Assembly (NCBI GenBank): GCA_963667725.2
Contig: CAXXHO010000003.1
Coordinates: forward strand, 1,280,001-1,344,000
Source of the DNA: Treponemataceae bacterium
GTDB taxonomy: Bacteria > Spirochaetota > Spirochaetia > Treponematales > Rectinemataceae
Length of the DNA stretch: 64,000 nucleotides
Reading direction: 5' to 3'
Shown: in pieces, positions 10,318 through 24,037 of the stretch
Numbering within the stretch: position 1 is the first letter of the stretch
Layout: every line of letters starts with the position of its first letter
Notes under the pieces: model-generated
Databases searched by the model: none
Told to the model about the DNA's origin: nothing
Seen by the model: the letters and a program-made list of their open reading frames with translations, nothing else
Translations under genes and position numbers: made by a program

Positions 10318-10869
10318 CTATTCTCCAAAATACTCAATCAGCGTGTCGATGGGTAGGTTCTTGACCGTTTCCCTGTAATTGAGGAAGGGTAGTCCTATGA
10401 CGGAGAAGGCACGTACGGGTTCGGCCCCGCATCGGCGTATCATGTCGCAGGTCGCGTTGATGGTGCCGCCCGTCGCGATGAGATCGTCCACTATGAGGAA
10501 CCGGCTGCCCGGCTTTATGTCGTCGACATGCATCTCGAGAGTCGCCGATCCGTATTCGAGATCGTAGGATTTGGATATGGTTTTGCCGGGCAGCTTCCCC
10601 TGCTTGCGCACGAGGAGCAGCGGTAGGCCCAGTTTATGGCAGAAGGGAGCGGCGAAAATGAACCCCCTCGATTCTATGGCGGCGACGGCATCGATGCGCT
10701 CGTTTCTGTAGAGTTTCAGCATGGAGCTAACGCAATACGCGAAAGCGTCCGGATTGGCGAGGACACTTGTTATGTCATAGAAGAGAATCCCGGGCTTGGG
10801 AAAATCCGGAATTTTACGGATGGCATCATCGAGATTGAAACCTTCCGTCTCATTGTTCGTTTCGGACAT
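10318..10869 (-). CDS. apt: Adenine phosphoribosyltransferase
   Basis: PDFPKPGILFYDIT, ESRGFIF, RKQGKLP, YDLEYG and IVDDLIATGGT motifs. Confidence 0.95.
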   Translation of the reverse strand: MSETNNETEGFNLDDAIRKIPDFPKPGILFYDITSVLANPDAFAYCVSSMLKLYRNERIDAVAAIESRGFIFAAPFCHKLGLPLLLVRKQGKLPGKTISKSYDLEYGSATLEMHVDDIKPGSRFLIVDDLIATGGTINATCDMIRRCGAEPVRAFSVIGLPFLNYRETVKNLPIDTLIEYFGE

Positions 10870-10908
10870 TGAACCGCCCCACATATTCATGATGAACGAC
10901 AGTGAACA

Positions 10909-10937
10909 ATATTAGGTACGCGACCCGCCGATGTCAA
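10909..10937 (-). promoter_or_regulatory. Sigma70-type promoter for apt-gpmI-cyaB
   Basis: TTGACA-17 nt-TAATAT on the minus strand upstream of apt. Confidence 0.7.
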
Positions 10938-10982
10938 GCTTGGCCCCGTATCTCGAATCCTCGCGCCAAGGCCCACGGAGCT

Positions 10983-11516
10983 TTATTTTCTTTGTATGAA
11001 CGCGTCGAGGATGCCGACAACAGCGCTGAGGCCAAGGGATATTCCCAACCGGATGAAGGTTTCGGAGCTGGTCACCGCCGCGGAATACTGACTCTTGAAA
11101 GGCCAGGGCGCATATTGCACGTCAAAACCGCTGCTCGCGAAACGAGCCGAATCGAATACGAAGTTCGTATAGAAAAGCGCGATGGGGAAAGTGCCCATGC
11201 CGGTGATCGCTATTCTTCGGAACTTCGCTTTTACCGCGCTTTCCTTCCGTGCGGATTTTTCGGCCGAATAAGTTTTAGGAATGGGTGTCGCCGATATCGC
11301 CGGTACCGCCGATGGAACGGAGGTCAGTGCCGTCTGTTCGGAGGAAATCGAAGGAGAACTCGGGGCTTGGCTTTCCTCTTGGGCCTCGCATCGTCCTCCA
11401 GCCGCAAGAGCGGAACACAAGCTGAGGAGGATGACGATACGTCGGACGAGTCCAGTCCCGCGGTGCCTGCCCCGGGAAAAGCCCGCCGAATCGCGCGCTA
11501 AGACGGAACATCTCAT
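10983..11516 (-). CDS. Hypothetical membrane/exported protein
   Basis: 4-nt overlap with the yggS stop; signal-like hydrophobic segment, Ser/Pro-rich linker and two further hydrophobic segments; start uncertain. Confidence 0.6.
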   Translation of the reverse strand: MRCSVLARDSAGFSRGRHRGTGLVRRIVILLSLCSALAAGGRCEAQEESQAPSSPSISSEQTALTSVPSAVPAISATPIPKTYSAEKSARKESAVKAKFRRIAITGMGTFPIALFYTNFVFDSARFASSGFDVQYAPWPFKSQYSAAVTSSETFIRLGISLGLSAVVGILDAFIQRK

Positions 11517-12247
11517 CGCCTGACTCCAAAAATTGCCGTGCCGATGCGCAGAAGCGTTGAACCTTCCTCGACGGCAATCTCATAGTCACCGCTCATGCCC
11601 ATGGAAAGCTGCCCGAATCCGGGCAGGTCAAAACGCTTTTTTATTTCCTCGACGGCTCTTGAAAGTTTTCTAAACGAGTGACGTATGGTTATAGGGTCGT
11701 CCGTGTAAGGCGCCATAGTCATCAACCCACTCAGTACAAGCGGATAGCGTGGTTCAGAATCCCGGCCAGCATCGCTCTTCCATCGCAGGTATGTCTCTAC
11801 CGCTTCAAAAAGGCTGTCGTCATCGGAAAATCCTGATTTCGTCGATTCTCCCGTATGCAATTCCAGGTATAGTTCGAGGTTCTTTTCTCCCGCGCGAGCG
11901 GTTATCGCCTGCAGCAGGCTCATCGAACTCACCGATTGAATGGCGTCGAAAAGCTTGAGGGCCTTATTGATCTTGTTGCTCTGAAAAGTGCCTATCATAT
12001 CGAGGCTGATGCCGGGCATTTCCAAAAACAGTTCAGGCAGATACTTCCCCGCCGCTTCTTGGACTCGATTTTCCCCGAAACGCCGTATCCCGCAGGCATA
12101 GGCTTCCCTCACCGCCTCCTGCGGATGGAACTTCGTCACCGCCAGAATCGTTATCGCTTCGGCGCTTCTACCGGAGCGCTCCGCGGCGGCACGCACCTTC
12201 GCATGGATGGATTCTATATTTTCTTTTATGAAAGCGTACTCGGACAT
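11513..12247 (-). CDS. yggS: YggS-family PLP homeostasis protein
   Basis: LAVTK, FGENRVQEA, IGTFQSNK, GLMTM and LSMGMSGDYEIAVEEGSTLLRIGTAIFG motifs. Confidence 0.95.
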   Translation of the reverse strand: MSEYAFIKENIESIHAKVRAAAERSGRSAEAITILAVTKFHPQEAVREAYACGIRRFGENRVQEAAGKYLPELFLEMPGISLDMIGTFQSNKINKALKLFDAIQSVSSMSLLQAITARAGEKNLELYLELHTGESTKSGFSDDDSLFEAVETYLRWKSDAGRDSEPRYPLVLSGLMTMAPYTDDPITIRHSFRKLSRAVEEIKKRFDLPGFGQLSMGMSGDYEIAVEEGSTLLRIGTAIFGVRR

Positions 12248-12253
12248 GGAATT

Positions 12254-12282
12254 ATTGTACCCCCGGCAGGTTCAAGCGGCAA
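12254..12282 (-). promoter_or_regulatory. Sigma70-type promoter directly upstream of the yggS start (likely leaderless)
   Basis: TTGCCG-17 nt-TACAAT-6 nt-ATG; no SD. Confidence 0.55.
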
Positions 12283-12314
12283 TCCCGTCCTTCCTTCTGG
12301 AAAAACGGCTTTCT

Positions 12315-13280
12315 TTACTTGGCGGAAAATTTCCAATTAAAGCTGCTGGAATTGCCCGCGTAATCGTACACCGAGAATTCGAGGGCGTGCATGCCTCTGG
12401 GTATGAACTGCTTGCCCAAGAGGAGCCGGCCATCCTCATCGGTCAGCCTTGATGAAGGAGCTTCCAGATCCAGGAAAGCCAAACCCTCAGGAGTGATGCG
12501 GGCAGAATCGAGTTTTCTATCGGCGATCACCTTCCCGTCGAAAACAGCCTTGAGTCTGAAAACGCCGGATATGGATCCTTTGGCGTAGGCGGGATCGGTG
12601 ACGCTCACTGCAAGGCTATAATTGCCCTGAGGGACTTCCTGCGCGCCCTTCCTCGGATTTTCGGCGATAATCGTGCGGTCCTGCCCCAGCAAGGCAATCT
12701 CTTCGATCCTGGGAGAGGCCCTATCGACGAGATCCTTGATGAAAAAAGCCGGGTTTACCCATAATCGGGAAGCGCCGTCGTAAACGCGAAAGAGGTAATA
12801 GGAGTAAAGTGCTCTCGTAATCTCTGCGATCCTGCCGACAACCTCGCCCTTCTTGATCATGGACTTGGCCGAAGCTTCCGATACGTAAGTTTTCCCTGAG
12901 TATAGGCTGATGAATCCATCAGCATGCGCCACCGCGGTAAAATTGCCCGTAGCGTGCGGCAAGCCGCCGGAAAGCAGATGATTGTCTTGTATGAAAAGTA
13001 TCCTGCCGTCGCCTGCGGCCCTGATGGCGTCGTTTTCCGCGGAAAGAAAGGCTCCCGTTTGAAGGTATTTCTCTTCCTTTTGCCCATCAGGAAGCTGACC
13101 TGGCACGCCGAAATTCACGGCTACATCCAGGGATTCCATGCTGAGGGGAGCATCCTGCGCGAAAACGGGAATGCCAGAAGCCATTCCGATCGTCATGACC
13201 CATACTATGAGAACAATCAATTTCAGTGGAGCTATCTCCATGGGCAGAACCCTATTAACATGCCTGGCACTCGCGCTCAA
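12315..13280 (-). CDS. Exported M23/LytM-fold-like protein, apparently lacking Zn ligands
   Basis: Signal peptide; M23-like segment IRAAGDGRILF...GNFTAVAHADGFISLYS...IKKGEVVG...WVNP; C-terminal Ig-like YDYAGN. Confidence 0.65.
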   Translation of the reverse strand: MSASARHVNRVLPMEIAPLKLIVLIVWVMTIGMASGIPVFAQDAPLSMESLDVAVNFGVPGQLPDGQKEEKYLQTGAFLSAENDAIRAAGDGRILFIQDNHLLSGGLPHATGNFTAVAHADGFISLYSGKTYVSEASAKSMIKKGEVVGRIAEITRALYSYYLFRVYDGASRLWVNPAFFIKDLVDRASPRIEEIALLGQDRTIIAENPRKGAQEVPQGNYSLAVSVTDPAYAKGSISGVFRLKAVFDGKVIADRKLDSARITPEGLAFLDLEAPSSRLTDEDGRLLLGKQFIPRGMHALEFSVYDYAGNSSSFNWKFSAK

Positions 13281-14185
13281 CGTTCCGCCGCCTTGTATCG
13301 CTGTATGGCATTCTTGCCCGCGATCATCATGATATCGCCTGAGACCGATAGTCCCGAGCCGGTTTCTTCGATCAGGAACATGGCTTCGATCACGCCCTTT
13401 CGTATCAATCCCGCGAAGCGTTCATTCCCTTTCGCCAGGAGGATCGCGAACCTGTCGAGACCGATCGGCTCTATAAGAAGCTCCGCTTCGCCGGCGAAAT
13501 AATCGGCCCTCACGATCATGCCTTTTCGTTTCTGGACATCGTAGAAAGCCAGTCCATCGGCGGTTCGCCCTATGACGGACAGCCCATCCGTCGAAAAGGA
13601 TGCCGGCTGATCGCTCACTACCTGACTTTCAAGCTTTTTCTCGAAAGCCAGCTCATAGCCATGATTCTTTTTGGAGAATACGAGGAAATACTGAGGGTCA
13701 AGTCCATACAAGGCGGCTATCGACTGCCCATTTTCGGAGATCGCCACCCCATAGACGCAGGGATAGGCCGAACTGACCGCATGCTCAGAGGGCTTAAGCT
13801 CATCGAGGAGTCTTCCTTCCTGGTCCAAGACCTGAATACTTCCGTTCAGCAGCCCCCAAGCCGAAGCCGCGGCCGACACCGAGCCGGCGGTCAAGGGTGA
13901 GCTGAACTCGCGCGTCCAAAGCGATACCCCTGCTCTATCCGTCTCCATGACTCCCTGCTGGTCGGGGCGAAGGATAAAGGAGCGGTCCCGGACTCTATAG
14001 GATTCCCTATCGCTCGGCGCTGCCGCGTCGGATTCGGGTACCGGAACGGAATCCAGCCGCACCAGTCCCTGTTCATACCTAAGGGGGCGCTGGGCGAATA
14101 TGACATAGAAAACCACGGCGGCGGCTGTCATCCAGGCGAGATGGCCGCGTTTTCGGTTGGAGTAGTTGTTGGCGCGTTTCACCAT
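13277..14185 (-). CDS. Hypothetical membrane-anchored protein, beta-propeller-like
   Basis: N-terminal TM helix followed by beta-rich repeats (GVAISENGQSIA, ASFSTDGLSV); 4-nt overlap with the next gene. Confidence 0.6.
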   Translation of the reverse strand: MVKRANNYSNRKRGHLAWMTAAAVVFYVIFAQRPLRYEQGLVRLDSVPVPESDAAAPSDRESYRVRDRSFILRPDQQGVMETDRAGVSLWTREFSSPLTAGSVSAAASAWGLLNGSIQVLDQEGRLLDELKPSEHAVSSAYPCVYGVAISENGQSIAALYGLDPQYFLVFSKKNHGYELAFEKKLESQVVSDQPASFSTDGLSVIGRTADGLAFYDVQKRKGMIVRADYFAGEAELLIEPIGLDRFAILLAKGNERFAGLIRKGVIEAMFLIEETGSGLSVSGDIMMIAGKNAIQRYKAAER

Positions 14186-14264
14186 GATTCCAAAATTGTT
14201 GTATTCAAGCTTTCAAATGGTATATAGTATTTATTACAGCTGTCAACATAAGAAGGCGTTTGAT

Positions 14265-14666
14265 ATGGAAATTGATGAATTGCTTTTCTCCGCCGCCCAA
14301 AATGCCGCGACAAAATCATACTCGCCCTACTCGAAATTCCGCGTCGGCGCGGCAATTCTCTGCGGCGACGGTTCCATAGTGACTGGAACCAATGTGGAGA
14401 ACAGATCCTTCGGCCTCACCATCTGCGCCGAACGCAGCGCCCTTGTCGCGGCCATAAGCGAGGGAAAAAGGGACTTCAAGGCAATAGCCATAGCCACACC
14501 CGACGCCGACTATGCGGTGAGCCCCTGCGGAGCCTGCAGACAGGTGCTCTCCGAGTTTTTTCCAGCCGACGCGCCCGTTCAATTCGGCAATGCGCCGGGA
14601 AACAGGGTTCGCTGCACTATCGGCGCTCTGATTCCTTTCGACGCGCTTCATGAATTAGCTCACTGA
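14265..14666 (+). CDS. cdd: Cytidine deaminase (homotetrameric type)
   Basis: YSPYSKFRVGAA, NVENRSFGLTICAERSA and SPCGACRQVLSEF motifs. Confidence 0.95.
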   Translation: MEIDELLFSAAQNAATKSYSPYSKFRVGAAILCGDGSIVTGTNVENRSFGLTICAERSALVAAISEGKRDFKAIAIATPDADYAVSPCGACRQVLSEFFPADAPVQFGNAPGNRVRCTIGALIPFDALHELAH

Positions 14667-16352
14667 CGACCGTCGAAGCAACTCGGCCGCGTGGGCAAGA
14701 GAAGCCGCCCCTTCGCTGTCGCCGGCAAGCATCCTGGCTATTTCCTCTTCTCTTTCGTGGCCGCGCAATTGATCGATTCTCGTTACCGTTCGCCCATCCT
14801 CGACCTTTTTATCGACTTTATAGTGGACATCGGCCTTCGCCGCGATCGATGCGAGATGAGTGACGCAGAACACCTGCTTGAATCGTGAAATGCCTTTCAG
14901 ATACAAACCGACATCAGCCGCCACCTCTCCTCCGATTCCAGTGTCGATTTCGTCGAATATGAGAGTATCTACCGCGTCTTTGGAAGAGAGGACGGCCTTA
15001 ATCGCAAGGGCGACACGCGACAATTCCCCTCCCGAGGCTATCTTGGCGAGCGCTTTCGGAGGTTCGCCGATATTGGGGGCGATCAGGAATTCCGCATCGT
15101 CCATGCCCGCGGGCGACAGGATGAGCTTTCCGGTTTCGGACTTAAGCGGATTGACGGAAATGGGCAGTCTGGCATGAACCATCCCAAGGTGTGAAAGTAT
15201 GGTCTCCACCTGACGCGAAAACCCGATCGCCGCATCTTTCCGCCTTGAGGAGAGCGCTTCGGCTTTTTCCAGCGCCTGTTTCTTAAGCTCGGCGATTTCT
15301 TTTTCGAGATCGGCTTTGTCGCTTTCCCAGGAGGAGTAAGCCTCTATGGCGGCGGCGTCCCGCTCTTCCCTGGCAAGAATATCGGCCAGCGAGGGGCCAT
15401 ATTTTTTCTTCAGACGCTTCAGTTCCGCCAACCTGCTTTCGATGTCCTCCAGTCTCTGGGGGTCGAATTTCAAGCCTTCCATATAGACGGAGACGCTCTC
15501 GGCTATGTCCTCCACCTCGAAATAGGCGCTTTCGAGCCTCGTGGCAAGCTCGCCCAACTTCGCGTCGATATCTTTGGCGGCGTCGAGACCGGCTTTAGCC
15601 TTCCGGAGAGATTCCACGGCGCCGTTGGACTCGCCGCCGCGGAGCGAAAGACCGTCAACGGCATTCCTGACGGCATCGAAAAGCTTTTCGTGCTGCGATA
15701 GGATTTTTTCTTCCTGCATCAGCTCGTCGTCTTCGTTGGGTTTGATCTTAGCCGCCTGGATTTCCTTAAGCGCGAAGGTGAGGATATCCTGCTCCCTTTC
15801 CCTGCGTTCCGCCTCGGCAAGACGCCGCTTGTATTCCCTGAGTCTTGTCGTCCAGGCTTCGTAGCTTCTCCGATACGATTCCTTTTCCGGCTCCAATCCC
15901 GCGAAACTGTCCAGGAAGATCAAATGGCTTGCCTTGTCCAGAAGCGTCTGATGCTCGTGCTGCCCATGGATATCGGCGATCAATGAAGTGAAGTCAGCCA
16001 GATCGGCCCTGCTCACCGCCCGGTTCTGAATGTAGGCGTAGGATCTGCCGTTGTTCCTCAAGCCCCGTCTCAGGTTGAGGGTTCCTTCTTCCTCGGGAAT
16101 ATCGTGCTCCCTGAGCCAAGCCAGAGCCGCCTTGTTCTGCGCTATATCGAGAATGGCTGAGACCGTGCACTCGTCGGAGCCTTCGCGTATCACTCCCGAA
16201 TCCGCCCTCCCCCCGAACAGGAACCCTATCGCTCCCACGATGAGCGATTTTCCGGCTCCGGTTTCTCCGGTAAAAAGAACGAGGCCATCCGAGAATTCGA
16301 CTTCCGCCGCGTCGATGAGGGCAAAGTCCCGGACGGAAAGATGCTCAAGCAT
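14655..16352 (-). CDS. recN: DNA repair protein RecN
   Basis: MLEHLSVRDFALID, TGETGAGKS, IHGQHEHQ, ASGGELSR, FDEIDTGIGG and CVTHL motifs; start overlaps the nadK stop. Confidence 0.96.
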   Translation of the reverse strand: MLEHLSVRDFALIDAAEVEFSDGLVLFTGETGAGKSLIVGAIGFLFGGRADSGVIREGSDECTVSAILDIAQNKAALAWLREHDIPEEEGTLNLRRGLRNNGRSYAYIQNRAVSRADLADFTSLIADIHGQHEHQTLLDKASHLIFLDSFAGLEPEKESYRRSYEAWTTRLREYKRRLAEAERREREQDILTFALKEIQAAKIKPNEDDELMQEEKILSQHEKLFDAVRNAVDGLSLRGGESNGAVESLRKAKAGLDAAKDIDAKLGELATRLESAYFEVEDIAESVSVYMEGLKFDPQRLEDIESRLAELKRLKKKYGPSLADILAREERDAAAIEAYSSWESDKADLEKEIAELKKQALEKAEALSSRRKDAAIGFSRQVETILSHLGMVHARLPISVNPLKSETGKLILSPAGMDDAEFLIAPNIGEPPKALAKIASGGELSRVALAIKAVLSSKDAVDTLIFDEIDTGIGGEVAADVGLYLKGISRFKQVFCVTHLASIAAKADVHYKVDKKVEDGRTVTRIDQLRGHEREEEIARMLAGDSEGAASLAHAAELLRRSSVS

Positions 16353-17214
16353 TGGCGTCTCCCGACCATCCCAGTTTCGTGCGCAAGGCGCTGAAAAAAA
16401 TGCTCTCCTGGGGAACGATGAGGACAGCGTCGCGCCGCGCCCTGCGGAACTGGACAATGTCTCCTATTTCAAGCGCGAAAGTCTCCTGGCCGTCGACCGT
16501 CAGCATGGCGCCAGATCTCCTCGTTTCATCCACGATGACATCGACCCTGGCGGTTGAAGGCAGGACAAGCGGCCGGGAAGCGAGCGTAAACGGACAGATG
16601 GGATTTATCACCATAGCGAGCATTTCAGGGTGTAGCGCGGGTCCTCCCGCGGCGAGGTTATAGGCGGTGGATCCCGTGGGCGTGGCTACAATAAGGCCGT
16701 CGGCCCTATAGAATCCGAATTTTTCTTCGTTCACGTAAAGGCAAAGCCGTATCATCTTGGCTATACCTTGGGATGACAAGGCGCCGTCGTTCAAGGCGCA
16801 GAAGGATCCAATGCGTTGTCCTGCCCTAACGATGGATACGTCCAGCATCACGCGAGAGGATGGCTTAAGATTTCCCGCGGCCCACTCATCGAAGGTAGCC
16901 AGCCAGGAATCCTTGCGATTGGCCGCTATGAAGCCCAAGGTGCCAAGATTCACGGGAAGCACGGGGATGCCCAAAGGCGCTGCGAGACGGGCGACATAAA
17001 GGAGGGTCCCGTCTCCTCCGAGACAGATTATAAGCTCATAACCGGCAAAGCTTGGAGCCCCGGATGGATCGCCCGCAAAGGCAAAACTCGTTGTCGTCCA
17101 GCCCCTACTCTCAAGCGCTTTGGACACCTTCACGGATTCGCCGGCCGAATCGTCTTTCAGAAGATTCGCGACAATCAAGGCTTTACCGCCCTTCATGCCG
17201 CCGAGAATGGCCAT
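16345..17214 (-). CDS. nadK: NAD(+) kinase
   Basis: LGGDGTLL, NLGTLGF, ALND and ADGLIVATPTGSTAYNLAAGGP motifs. Confidence 0.95.
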   Translation of the reverse strand: MAILGGMKGGKALIVANLLKDDSAGESVKVSKALESRGWTTTSFAFAGDPSGAPSFAGYELIICLGGDGTLLYVARLAAPLGIPVLPVNLGTLGFIAANRKDSWLATFDEWAAGNLKPSSRVMLDVSIVRAGQRIGSFCALNDGALSSQGIAKMIRLCLYVNEEKFGFYRADGLIVATPTGSTAYNLAAGGPALHPEMLAMVINPICPFTLASRPLVLPSTARVDVIVDETRRSGAMLTVDGQETFALEIGDIVQFRRARRDAVLIVPQESIFFSALRTKLGWSGDANA

Positions 17215-17223
17215 GATTCCTCC

Positions 17224-18237
17224 TCAGGGAAGCGTCGCAAGCACCTTCGCGATGACATTTGCGTCTTTTGCGCTGATTTTTTCGTGAAGCGGGAAGAGGA
17301 TGCAGCGCATGGCAAGCGATCGGGCACCAGGGCATTCATTTTCCGGAAAATCTTCCATAGAGACAATACTCTGCTCGAATGCCGCCGCCGCTTCAATTCC
17401 GTTTCGCTTGGCATGGATCACGACATCCTTCATGCCTGACTCAAGGACAACAGGAAAAGCGTAGCAGCCCCCAAGTCCTTCATTGTCCTGCTTGAAAGTC
17501 TTGTGCCGCGTGCGTGAAAGCTCCATCTGAAAACTCGCTTCCAGTTCCCTGCGCCTGCGAAAGGAATTGGCCAGGTCCCTCAGCTGGGCCAAGCCCAGGG
17601 CGGCGTTATAGTCGGTCAGGGATATTTCTTTCGTCAGCGTCTCCCCAATGTTTCTTATTACCGGAGCATCGCGTCTCGCCGACGCAAAAAGAAGGGCCCC
17701 TCCTCCGGAAGTGACCGGAGAGCCCTGTTCAAGCCCATATATCGCGAAATTACCGATGGATCCGGCCTTTGTGTCGCCCCTGTACGCTCCCAAAGCCTGG
17801 GACATATCCTCTATGACCGGCAGCTGCGTCTCCAGAACGGCGGTCTTGTCGGGAAGCATTCCAAACGCCTCAAATAGGATTATCGCGGAGCAGCCCTGTT
17901 CCTTGGCGACCGCAAGGTTGGGCAGGCATGTCAGCGGGTCGTGGTCCATGTAAATTGGCTTAAAACCGAGTTCCTCGACCGCCTGCAGGTGATAGAGAGG
18001 AGCGAGGGGGCTCAAGGCCACTTTTGCGCCTTCGGAAAGACCCAGTTTCTTCAGGGCGATGCCGAGGGCCGAATAGGGGCTCCTCAAGGCTACCGCCACA
18101 TCGTATCCAAATGCTTCCTTGGCGTTTTTGAGAAATTTCTCCGTATATTCGCCGGGTCCGATCGAATCGGTAACAAGGCATCCGAGGACCGTATCCATGT
18201 CTTTTCTTCGTATGAACGAACAATAAAGCGGTATCAT
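17224..18237 (-). CDS. DegT/DnrJ/EryC1/StrS-family protein, catalytic Lys apparently absent
   Basis: GPGEYTEKF, VIEDMSQALGA, AGSIG, AALGLAQL and LFPLH match the DegT fold; the Lys loop reads YGLEQGSPVTSGGG. Confidence 0.75.
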   Translation of the reverse strand: MIPLYCSFIRRKDMDTVLGCLVTDSIGPGEYTEKFLKNAKEAFGYDVAVALRSPYSALGIALKKLGLSEGAKVALSPLAPLYHLQAVEELGFKPIYMDHDPLTCLPNLAVAKEQGCSAIILFEAFGMLPDKTAVLETQLPVIEDMSQALGAYRGDTKAGSIGNFAIYGLEQGSPVTSGGGALLFASARRDAPVIRNIGETLTKEISLTDYNAALGLAQLRDLANSFRRRRELEASFQMELSRTRHKTFKQDNEGLGGCYAFPVVLESGMKDVVIHAKRNGIEAAAAFEQSIVSMEDFPENECPGARSLAMRCILFPLHEKISAKDANVIAKVLATLP

Positions 18238-18294
18238 TGCGTGGATTGTATCATCGGAAGGTTGTCAGAAACAAGAAGATGCGAAAATAAAAAA

Positions 18295-18406
<112 letters not shown>

Positions 18407-18578
18407 ATAATTACCTGAAAGAAAGGGAAGAAGGAAAGCAAAAAGAGCCTTTCTTCATCAAGGGAAGCAGTGCGTATCTTGAATTCATCATCGATCGGCC
18501 GCCGTATTGCATGCAGCGCGCACTCGTATCATAGAAAAGCGACAAGATTGCTCTTTGTTAAAAAAGTGAAGGATAATA

Positions 18579-21555
<2,977 letters not shown>

Positions 21556-21726
21556 TATTATGCTTCACTCTTTATCGCTTCTTGATATCGTTTTCATTTG
21601 CTCATTCCTCAAAGCTATAAACCAACCTATTCCTAGATCAGTCACTTTAAGAAATGTGCCTGCTTCCCTTCCCTCATTATGTAAAAGAACCTTTTCTCTA
21701 TGAATTAAAAACTTCAGAGAATTGGA

Positions 21727-21800
21727 TGGGCCAGAATAGAGTTGAACTATTGACCCCTTCCTTATCAGAGAAGTGCTCTAACCAACTGAGCTACTGGCCC
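21727..21800 (-). tRNA. tRNA-Ile (anticodon GAT) in the 16S-23S spacer
   Basis: Reverse complement GGGCCAGTAGCTCAGTTGGTTAGAGCACTTCT-CTGATAA-GGAAGGGGTCAATAGTTCAACTCTATTCTGGCCCA. Confidence 0.95.
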
Positions 21801-21931
21801 GAAAAAAAAGGAATAGGATAGAAAGAGGTTTGGGAGAGCGTCCTGTCACGAGACGCTAAAAGTATTACTGCCTTGTATATGATCGTGTACCGTAGTGTGA
21901 AGCTTGCGCCTCACGGTCGATACCCTTCTCA

Positions 21932-23468
<1,537 letters not shown>

Positions 23469-23819
23469 GATATATTCCAACAGGCTTGCGCCTGCAGGAT
23501 ATCATAAAGAATTTATCTTCGTTGCCAAAGCTAACAAGCTTCGACAACCGGCATTCGATACTTCACCGACCATTCACTGGCGCAAATGATCGATTTTGCC
23601 GATCTCACTTCCGTGAAATCAGCCACGCACAACTCGTTAGAGTTGTGCGCCACCAATCGCTTGTGGCGATTGGTGCCTTACCTCTTTCTATCCCTTCCCT
23701 ATTTACTGTGGTAGATCCCTCGGCTATTCGCCTCAAACCGCTTTGCGGCCTTCGGTTTTCGCCTCCCGCCCCTTTGGTCCGCCGTGGTTTCCCGCAGCCT
23801 TCCCCCAGAGCGCTCGATG

Positions 23820-23849
23820 AAGGTAGCAAACTTCGCTACCTTTTGTCAA
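23820..23849 (-). promoter_or_regulatory. rrn promoter P2 candidate
   Basis: TTGACA-18 nt-TACCTT on the minus strand, about 350 nt upstream of 16S. Confidence 0.55.
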
Positions 23850-23945
23850 GCCCGTTTTTGAGTTTTTCAACTCATTCGCGAGATTTCCGTATTTCTCGAA
23901 AACCCGCTCACGGAGCGCCTTCCCTCTCGTTCCAGCGCGAAAAGG

Positions 23946-23974
23946 AGGTTACTTGGAATCGAATTTATTGTCAA
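23946..23974 (-). promoter_or_regulatory. rrn promoter P1 candidate
   Basis: TTGACA-17 nt-TAACCT with AT-rich upstream (UP-like) sequence. Confidence 0.65.
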
Positions 23975-24037
23975 CAGGTTTTTGATATATTTCCGGATAA
24001 ACGCGGTATCTTTTTCTTGCTTTAAAAACCGTGGATT

